Shown here: piece by piece, positions 40,711 to 49,971 of the stretch
Numbering within the stretch: the first letter of the stretch is position 1
How the letters are laid out: each line of letters opens with the position of its first letter
Notes under the pieces: generated by a model
Told to the model about the DNA's origin: nothing
Database searches by the model: none
What the model saw: only the letters and a program-made list of their open reading frames with translations
NCBI GenBank assembly: GCA_963793305.1
Contig: CAWBZV010000012.1
Location: forward strand, 224,001-288,000
Direction of reading: 5' to 3'
Origin: an uncultured Gemmatimonadales bacterium
GTDB taxonomy: Bacteria; Gemmatimonadota; Gemmatimonadetes; Gemmatimonadales; Gemmatimonadaceae
DNA: 64,000 nt
Program-made: the position numbers and the translations under genes

Positions 40711-40862
40711 CGACAACCGAACTCGGATCCCGAGTCGGCGGAATCTGACTCTTCACGGGTGGCAACGCTCGTCGCGCGGTTTGACCGCGACCACTATGTT
40801 GAATCCGTGCGCCGCTTTTTGTTGCGCCGCAACCAGGTCATCGCGCGCTTGGCCGAATCCCC

Positions 40863-41720
40863 GTGATCCCGCTACTCACCGCCCTGATCGATAGCACGAT
40901 CGTCGTGCTCCTCGGCACCGGCACGCCTTTCCCGGATCCAGCGGCGAGCGGCCCGGCGACCGCGATCGTCGTCGGCCCGCGCGTGTTCCTCGTCGACGCC
41001 GGCCCGGGCGTCGAGCGGCAGTTGTCGGCCGCGCGTCTCACGATCTCCGGGCCGGAAGCCACGTTCATCACGCACCTGCACAGCGATCACACGCTCGGCT
41101 ACCCCGATCTCATCCTCACGTCGTGGGTGATGGGCAGACGGCAGCCGCTCGTCGTGTTCGGTCCGCCGGGGCTGCAGCACATGACGGACGAGTTACTCGC
41201 GGCCTATGCGGAGGATATCCAGATCCGCACCGAAGGACTCGAACATGAGACCCGCGATGGCTATCGGGTGAACGTTCACGAGATCCGCCCGGGTGTCGTA
41301 TACGACAGCGCGGGCGTGCGCGTGACCGCGATCGCCGTCCCGCACGGCAGTTGGCGCTGGGCGTTCGGGTATCGCTTCGATACGCCAGGCCGCACGGTCG
41401 TCGTCTCGGGCGATACGCGCCCATCGGAGGCGCTGACCGAAGCGGCCCGCGGCGTGGACGTGCTGGTCCACGAAGTGTATCCCGCATCCACCGTACGCCC
41501 CGAATCGCGCCCCGGCGGGCAGGATTGGCCGCGCTACATGCGCGCGTTTCACACCTCGGACTCCGAGCTCGGCGCACTCGCCGCGCGCGCCAAGCCCAAG
41601 CTGCTGGTTCTGAGTCACATCGTCCGCGCCGGCGCCTCCGACAGCACGCTCATCGCCGGCGTGCGGCTCGGCGGATACACCGGACCTCTCGCCGTCGGGC
41701 ACGACCTCCAGCGGTATTGA
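40863..41720 (+). CDS. RNase Z/AtsA-like MBL-fold hydrolase
   Basis: LLGTGTP, LVDAGPG, THLHSDH, SGDT, LVHE, HT, LSH. Confidence 0.88.
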   Translation: MIPLLTALIDSTIVVLLGTGTPFPDPAASGPATAIVVGPRVFLVDAGPGVERQLSAARLTISGPEATFITHLHSDHTLGYPDLILTSWVMGRRQPLVVFGPPGLQHMTDELLAAYAEDIQIRTEGLEHETRDGYRVNVHEIRPGVVYDSAGVRVTAIAVPHGSWRWAFGYRFDTPGRTVVVSGDTRPSEALTEAARGVDVLVHEVYPASTVRPESRPGGQDWPRYMRAFHTSDSELGALAARAKPKLLVLSHIVRAGASDSTLIAGVRLGGYTGPLAVGHDLQRY

Positions 41721-41725
41721 TAAAT

Positions 41726-41766
41726 CGCGAGGGGTCGAAGCGGTTATTAACCACCGACCCCCCGCG
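41726..41766 (-). terminator. Strong hairpin, probable terminator
   Basis: 12-bp stem that pairs fully on the minus strand with one G-U, followed by ATTTA. Confidence 0.55.
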
Positions 41767-42042
41767 CACAACATGCCTGCCTAAACCAGACCTGTCAGAA
41801 CTAGACTCGACCGGACTGCCGCACCGAACCACGCACTGCGCGAGACGGCCCAAAGCGATCTAGCGGCTCGGCATCGGTTGGACCTTAACCACTGACGAAC
41901 AAGCATGCAATGCTCCCCAGGTCCGATTCCGGATACCGTTGAGTCGGCGTTACGGATTCCGAGCGTTTCGTGCGGTTAGTACTCTGCCCCACCCCAGTGT
42001 TCCACCGACCGCGCATCGTAGACAAATTGCGACGCCCCGAAC

Positions 42043-42474
42043 CTAGCGCAGTCTTTTGAGAAAGGCGGATGGCGGTTCGATGACCATCCCGCGAAACGGC
42101 GACAGGGGCAAGAGATGCTTGCGGTCGCCGCTGACGAGCACGGTGCAGGACCCGCTCAGTGCTACCTCTAATACAAGATTGTCTTTCGCGTGCGCGATGT
42201 ATCCGTGCCCGCCGCTCGGAACATACATGGACGATATTGCTCGGATATCTTCGAGGACCGCATCGACCTGACGCGGAGCCAGCCGCAGCTTTCCGACCGC
42301 GTTCCGTCGAACCTCGGTCAGGATATTCTCGCCTGTCACATGGCTAAACTGGCCGGCGAGGAGTCGATCAATGACCTGCTGCGGAACGCCATTGAACGCG
42401 AGCGCCGAGACAAAGACGTTCGCGTCTACACACGCGATCAGCGCAGCGTCGGCGTTCCGTTGATCATTCGGCAA
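42043..42474 (-). CDS. PIN-domain toxin (PIN_3 type)
   Basis: VDANVFVSAL, ILTE, KDNLVLEVA, VSGDRKHLL. Confidence 0.9.
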   Translation of the reverse strand: MPNDQRNADAALIACVDANVFVSALAFNGVPQQVIDRLLAGQFSHVTGENILTEVRRNAVGKLRLAPRQVDAVLEDIRAISSMYVPSGGHGYIAHAKDNLVLEVALSGSCTVLVSGDRKHLLPLSPFRGMVIEPPSAFLKRLR

Positions 42475-42706
42475 ATGGGCCGCCGAAATCCTCGGGCTTC
42501 AGTCCCAAGCGTCGTGCCTGGCGCTGCCCTCGGGTGGCGAGCGCGCGGAACCGCCTTCTCGACTGATATTGGCGAAATGTCTCCCGGAGCAACTCGCTGA
42601 CCGTGCGCCCTTCGGCGGACGCGACGCGTTGAATCTCGCGTCCCATGGTCGCCGGCAATGATATGGTGATCGTCTTGGTGCGGCCGGTTTTTTTCGCGGT
42701 GGGCAT
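42464..42706 (-). CDS. Ribbon-helix-helix (CopG-like) antitoxin
   Basis: RTKTITISLP, EGRTVSELLRE; overlaps the PIN gene start. Confidence 0.88.
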   Translation of the reverse strand: MPTAKKTGRTKTITISLPATMGREIQRVASAEGRTVSELLRETFRQYQSRRRFRALATRGQRQARRLGLKPEDFGGPFAE

Positions 42707-42712
42707 TGCGCC

Positions 42713-42735
42713 TCGATAAGATAAATTCTTATCGA
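42713..42735. promoter_or_regulatory. Operator palindrome of the toxin-antitoxin operon
   Basis: Perfect TCGATAAGA-N5-TCTTATCGA just upstream of the antitoxin ATG. Confidence 0.7.
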
Positions 42736-42874
42736 ACGGTAATCGGTTCGCCGTTGGCATGGAAGTCCGGGGACGTTCAGGTCAAGTATCCCGTCGCCCT
42801 CAGATGTCAACAATGCCGGACAGGGCCTTGACTGTCGCGCCACGTCATCGATCGAGTAGGGGCTAGACGACTCC

Positions 42875-42899
42875 GGTGCAGTACGCTATGTACTGCACC
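42875..42899. promoter_or_regulatory. Perfect 10-bp inverted repeat at the M28 gene start
   Basis: GGTGCAGTAC-N5-GTACTGCACC ending just before ATG 42902. Confidence 0.55.
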
Positions 42900-42901
42900 A
42901 C

Positions 42902-44546
42902 ATGAGCAGACTCTTTCTGTTGGTCGCGGTTCTCGCGACCGAAGCCTTGGGTGCACAGGCCACGACGCCCGATATCACGACGAAGGACCTCGAATATCGC
43001 CTGAAGATCATCGCCGATGACTCGATGATGGGCCGCGAGTCGGGCAGCAAAGGCGACTATATGGCGGCCGACTACGTCGCGTCGGAGTTCAAGCGATTGG
43101 GATTGGAGCCCGCCGGCGAAAGCGGCACGTACTTCCAGACCGTGCCGTTCTGGAAGGCGGCGATCGACTCGACATCGCGGCTCGTCGTGCAGGGCACGGT
43201 GCTCGAGGTGCCAGGCGATCTCCTCCCGACGAACATCGGGGCGCCGGTTCGCACGCTCGACGGCGTGCCCGTGATCTATGGAGGCGACGCCACCGATAGC
43301 GCACATTGGATCGCGCCGTCCCAGGCGGCCGGCAAACTCGTGGTGCTCGATGTCCCGGCGAACGCAATGTTGCGCGGGTTCGGACGCTCGCTGCCCCGGT
43401 GGCGACCGTCCGTCGCCGTCGCCATCGTCATGCTCGACGGCCTCGGAAGCGAGATCGTGGCGCGGCTGCGCGAAGGGGTGCCGATCACGGACACGACGCG
43501 CGACACCTCGACCGTGGCGGTGCTCAGGATCTCACGACACGCGGCCACGGTCTTGCTCGGCGCGGCGCCATCGACGCTTACGCCAGGAGCTACCGGCGCG
43601 ACCGTCAGCGGCCATTTCGATTTCGCGCGGTCGCCGGTGCCATTCCCCGCGCGCAACGTGGTCGCCGTGCTGCGCGGGAGCGACCCGCGGCTCCGTGGCG
43701 AGTACGTCTCGCTGACAGCGCACAATGACCACGTGGGGTTCGACCACAATCCGGTCGATCACGACTCGCTGCGCGCCTTCAATCGCGTGATCCGCCCAAT
43801 GGGCGCCGACTCGCCGGTGCGCGACCCAACGCCGGCGGAGTGGACGCGCATTCATGCGATCCTCGACAGCGTCCGGCGCGTGCGCCCGCCGCGGCGCGAC
43901 TCGATCCGCAACGGCGCGGACGACGACGGCTCCGGCACCGTCGCGATTCTCGAAATCGCCGAGAAGATGGCGCGCGGCGGCGCGCACCCCAAACGCTCGA
44001 TTCTGTTCGTCAGTCATACCGGCGAGGAAGCAGGCTTGCTCGGCTCGCGCTGGTATACGGATCATCCGACGGTCGCCGCTCGACTCGATCGTCGGGGAGA
44101 TCGATCAGGACATGGTCGGGCGTGGCACCGCGACAGACTATCCGCGCGGCGGCACGGGGGCCGGGGATCCGACGTATCTGGAAGTGGTCGGCGCCAAGCG
44201 ACTCTCGAGCCAGTTCGGCGCCATCATCGAGGCGGCGAACGCCAAACAGCCGGTCCCGTTCGTGTTCGACTACGAGTACGACGTGCCCGGACATCCGCTG
44301 CAGTACTACTGCCGGGCGGACCACTATAGTTATGCGCGCTACGGCATTCCATCAGTCGCGCTCTCGCGCGGCGAGCACTTGGACTATCACCAGGTCACGG
44401 ATGAGGTGCAGTACATCGACTTCACCGATTTGGCCCGGGTGACGCGCATGGTGTACGACGCCGCTCTGGCGCTGGCGAATACGCCGACGCGCCCCGCGCT
44501 CAATGCGCCCAAGCAGAAGGACCCACACGCGCCATGCGTGCAATAG
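42902..44546 (+). CDS. M28-family peptidase (paralog of 23777-25418); frameshift near 44075
   Basis: ADDSMMGR, AHNDH, NGADDDGSG, HTGEE; DMVG, RADH and DYHQ follow in the shifted frame. Confidence 0.88.
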
Positions 44547-45682
44547 TCTCGATCGCGCTCCTCCTCTCAGCACGGCTGAGCGCACAGACGGCGTGCCCTG
44601 CCGGCACGACCGAAGTTCGTCCCGGTAATTGCGAAACCCCGCACGATCCGGCGCCGAGCATTCTCGACTATCGGCCGAAGTCAACGCTGGTCGCGCCCGC
44701 GCATGTCGTGAAGGCGGCAAAATATCCAGCGATCGATTTTCATGGCCACCCGAACGAGCTCATTACGTCCGAGCAAGGCTTGGAGACGCTGCATAAGGCG
44801 ATGGACGGGTTGAACGTTCGCGTGATGGTCGCCGCCGACAACCTGTCCGGCGGCGAGCTACGCGATGCGGTGGCGGCGATCCGCGCGTCGAACGCCATGA
44901 GAGACCGCGTGCGCGTGCTCGCCGGGATCGACTTCAACGATGTCGGACCGGGATGGGCCGAGCGGGCCGTGAAGCAATTGGATGCCGACGTTGCGGCTGG
45001 CGCGGTGGGCGTGGGCGAGATCTCGAAGAGTCTCGGGCTCTCGATACGAAAACGCGACGGTTCGCGACTCAAGATCGACGATCCGGCGCTCGATCCCATC
45101 TGGGATGAATGCACCCGCCTGGGGATTCCGGTGTTCATTCACACAGCGGACCCGTGGGAGTTCTTTCAACCCGTTGACTACACCAACGAGCGCTGGCTGG
45201 AGCTGGAACTGTTCCCGGGACGCCGCTACCCGAAAGACCGCTTCCCGAGCTTCGAGGAGCTCATGACGGAGCGGGACAACATGTTCCGCACGCATCCGCG
45301 GACCACGTTCGTCGCCGCGCACATGGGGTGGCACGCGAATGATCTCGCGTCCTTGGCCGCGATGCTCGATGCCATGCCGAACGTCTATACGGAGGTCGGA
45401 GCGGTCCTCTACGACATCGGCCGACAGCCGCGCGCGTCGCACGATTTCTTCATCAAGTACCAGGACCGCATTCTCTTCGGGAAGGACTCGTTTCAACCGA
45501 GCGAGTATCCGTACTACTTTCGCGTGTTCGAGACGGCGGATGAGTACTTCGATTACTACCGGCCGTACCACGCATTCTGGAAATTGTACGGCATCGCTCT
45601 TCCCGACAGCGTGCTCAAGAAGGTCTACTTCGCGAATGCGCTCAAGATCACGAAGGGATTGCCCCGGCCAGCAACGCCGTGA
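44534..45682 (+). CDS. Amidohydrolase_2-family protein, exported
   Basis: IDFHGH, VFIHTADP, AAHMG, DRILFGKD. Confidence 0.88.
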   Translation: MRAIVSIALLLSARLSAQTACPAGTTEVRPGNCETPHDPAPSILDYRPKSTLVAPAHVVKAAKYPAIDFHGHPNELITSEQGLETLHKAMDGLNVRVMVAADNLSGGELRDAVAAIRASNAMRDRVRVLAGIDFNDVGPGWAERAVKQLDADVAAGAVGVGEISKSLGLSIRKRDGSRLKIDDPALDPIWDECTRLGIPVFIHTADPWEFFQPVDYTNERWLELELFPGRRYPKDRFPSFEELMTERDNMFRTHPRTTFVAAHMGWHANDLASLAAMLDAMPNVYTEVGAVLYDIGRQPRASHDFFIKYQDRILFGKDSFQPSEYPYYFRVFETADEYFDYYRPYHAFWKLYGIALPDSVLKKVYFANALKITKGLPRPATP

Positions 45683-45845
45683 CCGGCCGGTACGCAAAGT
45701 GCTGCGAGTGCTTTCACGGTGACGTCCGCATATCTGGTAACAGATAGCGGCATTCGAAGTCATCGGCCACTGCGCGATCGAGTAGCAACGTAGGTTGTTG
45801 GCCCAGGGGTATTCTCCCGTCTGAACTCTTAAGCCGGAGACCCGC

Positions 45846-47123
45846 GTGGCCACCGACATCACTCGTCGTCATTTTCTGGAGGCTGCCGCAATGACTTTCG
45901 CCGCTGCACAGCTCGGCACCGCGGGCACCGCGCTCGCCAATGCCCCCACCGACATCCGTCCGTTTCATGTTCACTTTTCTGACGAGGCGCTGGCCGATCT
46001 CCGCCGGCGCGTCGCGGCCGTTCGATGGCCGGACAAGGAAACGGTCGCCAACCAGACGCAAGGCGTGCAGCTCGCGACGATCCAAGCCCTCGCGGAGTAT
46101 TGGTCAACCAAGCACGACTGGCGTAAGGTCGAGGCGCGGCTCAATGCGCTGCCGATGTTCATCACCGAGATCGACGGCCTCGACATTCACTTCATTCACG
46201 TGAAGTCGAAGCACGAGAATGCGATGCCGTTGATCGTTACGCACGGCTGGCCGGGCTCGGTGATCGAGCAGCTCAAGATCATCGATCCGTTGACGAATCC
46301 CGAGGCCAACGGCGGGACCGCATCCGACGCGTTCCATCTGGTGATTCCATCGTTGCCGGGCTACGGATTTTCCGCCAAGCCGACTGGTACCGGCTGGGAC
46401 ACCACCCGTATCGCGAAGGCGTGGGACGTCCTAATGAAACGCCTCGGCTACACGCAATACCTGGCGGCGGGCGGCGATTGGGGTGCGGCCGTTACGCAAA
46501 TTATGGGAGCACTGGCGCCTCAGGGCCTGCTGGGCATTCACACCAACATGCCGGGCACTCTGCCGCCCGAGGTGTCCAAGGCACTGGCGATCAATGCCCC
46601 GGCGCCCGCCGGTCTCGCGCCCGATGAGCAAAAGGCGTTCGACGAGCTCAAGGATTTTTATGGCCACCACGTCGGGTACGCGGGCGAGATGGCAAACCGC
46701 CCGCAGACGTTGGTTGCCCTCGCCGATTCGCCCATCGGACTGGCGTCCTGGATTCTCGATCACGATGGCGCCAGCTTGGCGCTCATCTCGCGCGCGTTTG
46801 CGGGACAGAAAGAAGGCCTATCGCGCGACAATGTGCTCGACAACATCACGCTCTACTGGTTGACGAACACGGGCGTCTCGTCGGCTCGCCTCTACTGGGA
46901 GAACAAGCTGCCCTTCTTCGACATCTACGGCGTCACCGTGCCGGCGGCCATCAGCGTGTTCCCCGACGAACTCTATGAAGCCCCGCGCAGCTGGACCGAG
47001 AAGGCGTACCCCAAGCTGCTCCGCTACAACCGGCTGGGCGTCGGTGGCCACTTCGCGGCCTGGGAACAGCCGAAACTCTACGTAGACGAAATTCGCGCGG
47101 GCTTCGCATCACTGCGTAAATAA
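45846..47123 (+). CDS. Epoxide hydrolase with a Tat signal peptide
   Basis: TRRHFL; IRPF EH N-terminal domain, HGWPGS, GGDWG, GGHFAAWEQP. Confidence 0.92.
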   Translation: MATDITRRHFLEAAAMTFAAAQLGTAGTALANAPTDIRPFHVHFSDEALADLRRRVAAVRWPDKETVANQTQGVQLATIQALAEYWSTKHDWRKVEARLNALPMFITEIDGLDIHFIHVKSKHENAMPLIVTHGWPGSVIEQLKIIDPLTNPEANGGTASDAFHLVIPSLPGYGFSAKPTGTGWDTTRIAKAWDVLMKRLGYTQYLAAGGDWGAAVTQIMGALAPQGLLGIHTNMPGTLPPEVSKALAINAPAPAGLAPDEQKAFDELKDFYGHHVGYAGEMANRPQTLVALADSPIGLASWILDHDGASLALISRAFAGQKEGLSRDNVLDNITLYWLTNTGVSSARLYWENKLPFFDIYGVTVPAAISVFPDELYEAPRSWTEKAYPKLLRYNRLGVGGHFAAWEQPKLYVDEIRAGFASLRK

Positions 47124-47143
47124 TTGCCCACGAGCGGCAGACG

Positions 47144-47175
47144 GCGCCCCACGTCACTTGGTTGACGTGGGGCGC
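47144..47175. terminator. 13-bp perfect hairpin
   Basis: GCGCCCCACGTCA-N6-TGACGTGGGGCGC. Confidence 0.6.
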
Positions 47176-47177
47176 TC

Positions 47178-48102
47178 GTGTATCATGCGCGGCGCATCAT
47201 AAAATCTCTGACGATCCCGTGCGTTGCCGTGGCCCTCTCGCCGCTGGTGTGCGGCGGTGTGTTAGCTCAGAATGCCGACTCCATCGCGGCACGCATCACG
47301 GGTCGCGAATATCCCTCGATATTCGCGGCTTGGAATCTCGCGGAGAATCTGCGGCAGACCGATGGACGCACCGTTCCGCTAGCGGCCAGCGAGAGCCCCA
47401 ACGACATTCGCGCCCGGCACGATTTGTTCTTCTCGACCTACGAGCGGTTGGGGCTCAGGCTCGCGGCCGGCCGGCAATATGTCGTGCTGACGCCGGAGTT
47501 CACGGACGAGAGCATTCAGGCGGCGCTCGCCAACCGGGCGAAGCTCCTGGCGGCGAATCCCCACATGCTCATCATGACGGACCTGCATTACTTCTCCGCG
47601 AGGCACGACTATCTGCCCGCCGCCTCCCCCTGGTGGCTGCACAATGCGAAGAACACCAGGTTCGAAGGCAACAACACAGAATACAAGTCGTCGCGCCTGG
47701 ACTTCTCCAACCCTCAGTTCCAGGACAAAGTCGCGGCCTTGTGCGCGGCGCTGCTCAAGACCGGCGTATACGACGGATGCATGATGGATTGGTGGCACGA
47801 CGACGATGAGATGGGCGGCGACCGGCTGGCACACCGCGGCCGCGAACCTCTTGGGGGGGGAAAGCCACCTGCACAAGCCCGCGTTCACGGCGTTGGAGGG
47901 TTGGTGGCAACCCGACGCCAGACCATCTGCACGACTGGTATCCCTTCTGGGACAAGTCGTTGGGCCACCCCGTCGGTCCGCTCGCGACCCTCGACCACCC
48001 CGATCTCAACGGCGCGTACACGCGGCAGTTCGAAAAGGGCAAGGTGGTCTTCAACCCGACACGGTGGCGCCCGGCGACGGCGACCTGTTTCTTTCACAGT
48101 AG
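47178..48102 (+). pseudogene. Secreted glycoside-hydrolase-like protein, disrupted at the 3' end
   Basis: Signal peptide, YPSIFAAW, ARHDL, YDGCMMDWW; then three frame changes within about 230 bp (WHTAAAN / PTPDHLHDWYPFWDKSLG / GDGDLF). Confidence 0.55.
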
Positions 48103-48132
48103 CTCGACCACCCCCAACGACGGAGAAGGCGA

Positions 48133-48684
48133 ATGGATTTTCGCGGAGTAGGAGCACTCCTGGCCGCGGCCTGCATGCTCGCGCCAAGTGCGAGAGCCCA
48201 GGGTCCCGCGGTCGGCGACGCGGCACCCGATTTCTCGCTGCCGGGCGGCACGCGATACGGCGTGCTCAAAGGCCCCGTACACCTCGCCGACTATCGCGGG
48301 CAGACGGTCGTGTTAGCCTTCTTCTATCAGGCGCGGACCAAAGGCTGAACGGTCCAAATGGAGGCGTACCGTGATCAGTACGCCAAGCTGTTCCACAATG
48401 GCCGCAAAGTGACGGTCATTGGCATCAGCGTCGACCCAGACACGATGCAAGCAAATTGGGCGCACGAATCGGACTTTCCGATCGTCTTCGCCAGTGATAG
48501 TGGCAGCGTCGTCGGCAAGATGTACGGCGCCTACGATGCCCAGAACAAAGTCGACAATCGATCGCTGTTCGTCGTCGGTCCCGACGGGCGGATCGCCTAC
48601 GTGACGAAGCCGTTCAAGGTGCTGGCACCGGCATCATATACCGATCTGGCGGCGGCGATCGACAAGGTCACGCCGGCGAGTTAG
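48133..48684 (+). CDS. Selenocysteine-containing peroxiredoxin-like (BCP/PrxQ, AhpC/TSA fold) exported protein, 183 aa, Sec72
   Basis: In-frame TGA 48346-48348 joins two ORFs: VGDAAPDFSL...VVLAFFYQARTKG-U-TVQM...VIGISVD...ASD...NRSLFVVGPDG; SECIS-like hairpin directly downstream. Confidence 0.88.
48347..48393 (+). promoter_or_regulatory. Bacterial SECIS element
   Basis: Upper stem GGCGTAC (48363-69)/GTACGCC (48378-84); loop CGTGATCA starting 21 nt after UGA; lower stem GAACGGT/GCTGTTC. Confidence 0.8.
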
Positions 48685-49163
48685 AGCGCTTTCCGGATCG
48701 CGGCGTCGATGTCCTGGGTGCCGCCGACACCGGTATAGACCACCTTCCCCGTGTGGTCAATGACGACGACGTACGACGTCGCGGGAGCATCGTAGGCTCC
48801 CGCGGCGTTGCCGTCGGCGTCATAGACGACGGTGCCCGGCAGGGGGTGCACGGCGACGTGCTTTTGTACGCGCTCGAAGGACTCGTTGATCGCGACCGCG
48901 ACCGTGACGAACCGCACGCGTCCGGCATACTTCGTCTGTGCCGCGGTCAGCGCTGGCTCGAGCTCCTTGCAGTTCGGGCACCACGTTGCCCAGAACTCGA
49001 TGACCGTCGGCTCGGGGCCAACGAGATGCGAGAGATTCACCACTTTCCCATCCAGCGATCGCACGACCGCTGATGGGGGCTTCGCACCGAGCGCAATGCC
49101 GCCATCCTGTGCGTACACTGGCGCGGCGACCATGAGCGCCATGAAGATCGACTTGAGCATCAT
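48681..49163 (-). CDS. TlpA-like exported thiol-disulfide reductase
   Basis: Signal peptide ending VYA-Q; EFWATWCPNC; VVIDHTGKV; ATG overlaps the upstream TGA. Confidence 0.9.
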   Translation of the reverse strand: MMLKSIFMALMVAAPVYAQDGGIALGAKPPSAVVRSLDGKVVNLSHLVGPEPTVIEFWATWCPNCKELEPALTAAQTKYAGRVRFVTVAVAINESFERVQKHVAVHPLPGTVVYDADGNAAGAYDAPATSYVVVIDHTGKVVYTGVGGTQDIDAAIRKAL

Positions 49164-49882
49164 CAGATGAGTTGCTGCCCCATGAGAACCAGGTAGTACT
49201 CGGCTGCGCCAAGCATGATCAAGGCAAAGGCGCGCTTGACCCACGTCATCCACGCCCCGGCGCGCGGCAGACGAGCGAGGGCGCCGGTCGAGAGACCAGC
49301 GAGCACGAGAAACGTGCACATCCCGAGGGAGAATACGAACAGGTAAATGAAGCCCAGCACGGCGCTCCGGGTCGTGCCCACCCACGTCAGGACGGCCGCC
49401 ATCACGGGCGCCGAGCACGGCGCGGCGACCAACCCCGATGCCGCACCCATAATGAATGCGCCGGCCGCGGCCCCCCCGTTCCCGGCTCGTGCAGCTCGCG
49501 CGATGAGCGCCGACGGAATCGGGACGGGCATAACGTCTAACATCACCAGGGCGAACAGGATGAGGAGGTTCGCCATCGCGAAATAGGCCCAAGGGTTCGA
49601 GCTCACCGAGCCGAACAGTGTGCCCGTAAGACCAGCCAAGAGACCCAACGTGGCATACACGAGGGCGAGACCCAGGACGTAGCTCAACGTGAGCACTATG
49701 GGCCGCACCCGCGAGGCGCCGGTGTCTCCACCGACACTCTTTCCGCCGACTATCGCCGCCGTGATCGGAATCATCGGATAAATGCATGGCGTGAGGCTCG
49801 TGAGCACGCCGGCGACGAACAGGAAGGGAACCGCCGTCCACGGGTGGGACGACAGCTGAGCAGCGAGGGACGTATGGTCCAT
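49163..49882 (-). CDS. ccdA: CcdA/DsbD-beta transmembrane electron transporter
   Basis: AGVLTSLTPCIYPMIP, AAPCSAP, GAWM; about six TM segments. Confidence 0.88.
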   Translation of the reverse strand: MDHTSLAAQLSSHPWTAVPFLFVAGVLTSLTPCIYPMIPITAAIVGGKSVGGDTGASRVRPIVLTLSYVLGLALVYATLGLLAGLTGTLFGSVSSNPWAYFAMANLLILFALVMLDVMPVPIPSALIARAARAGNGGAAAGAFIMGAASGLVAAPCSAPVMAAVLTWVGTTRSAVLGFIYLFVFSLGMCTFLVLAGLSTGALARLPRAGAWMTWVKRAFALIMLGAAEYYLVLMGQQLI

Positions 49883-49971
49883 TGGGCTGTAACCTAAGCT
49901 ATCCCACGTCAAGAAGTTGTCAGGGTCCAGTGAGTTCTGGCGTCACCCCATATGGCCCAATATTATGGCGA

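Noticed and set aside
48346..48348. TGA as a nonsense mutation, or two separate small genes
   Set aside because: It falls exactly on the catalytic residue, both halves are intact and a SECIS-like hairpin follows. The other visible errors in the window are indels.
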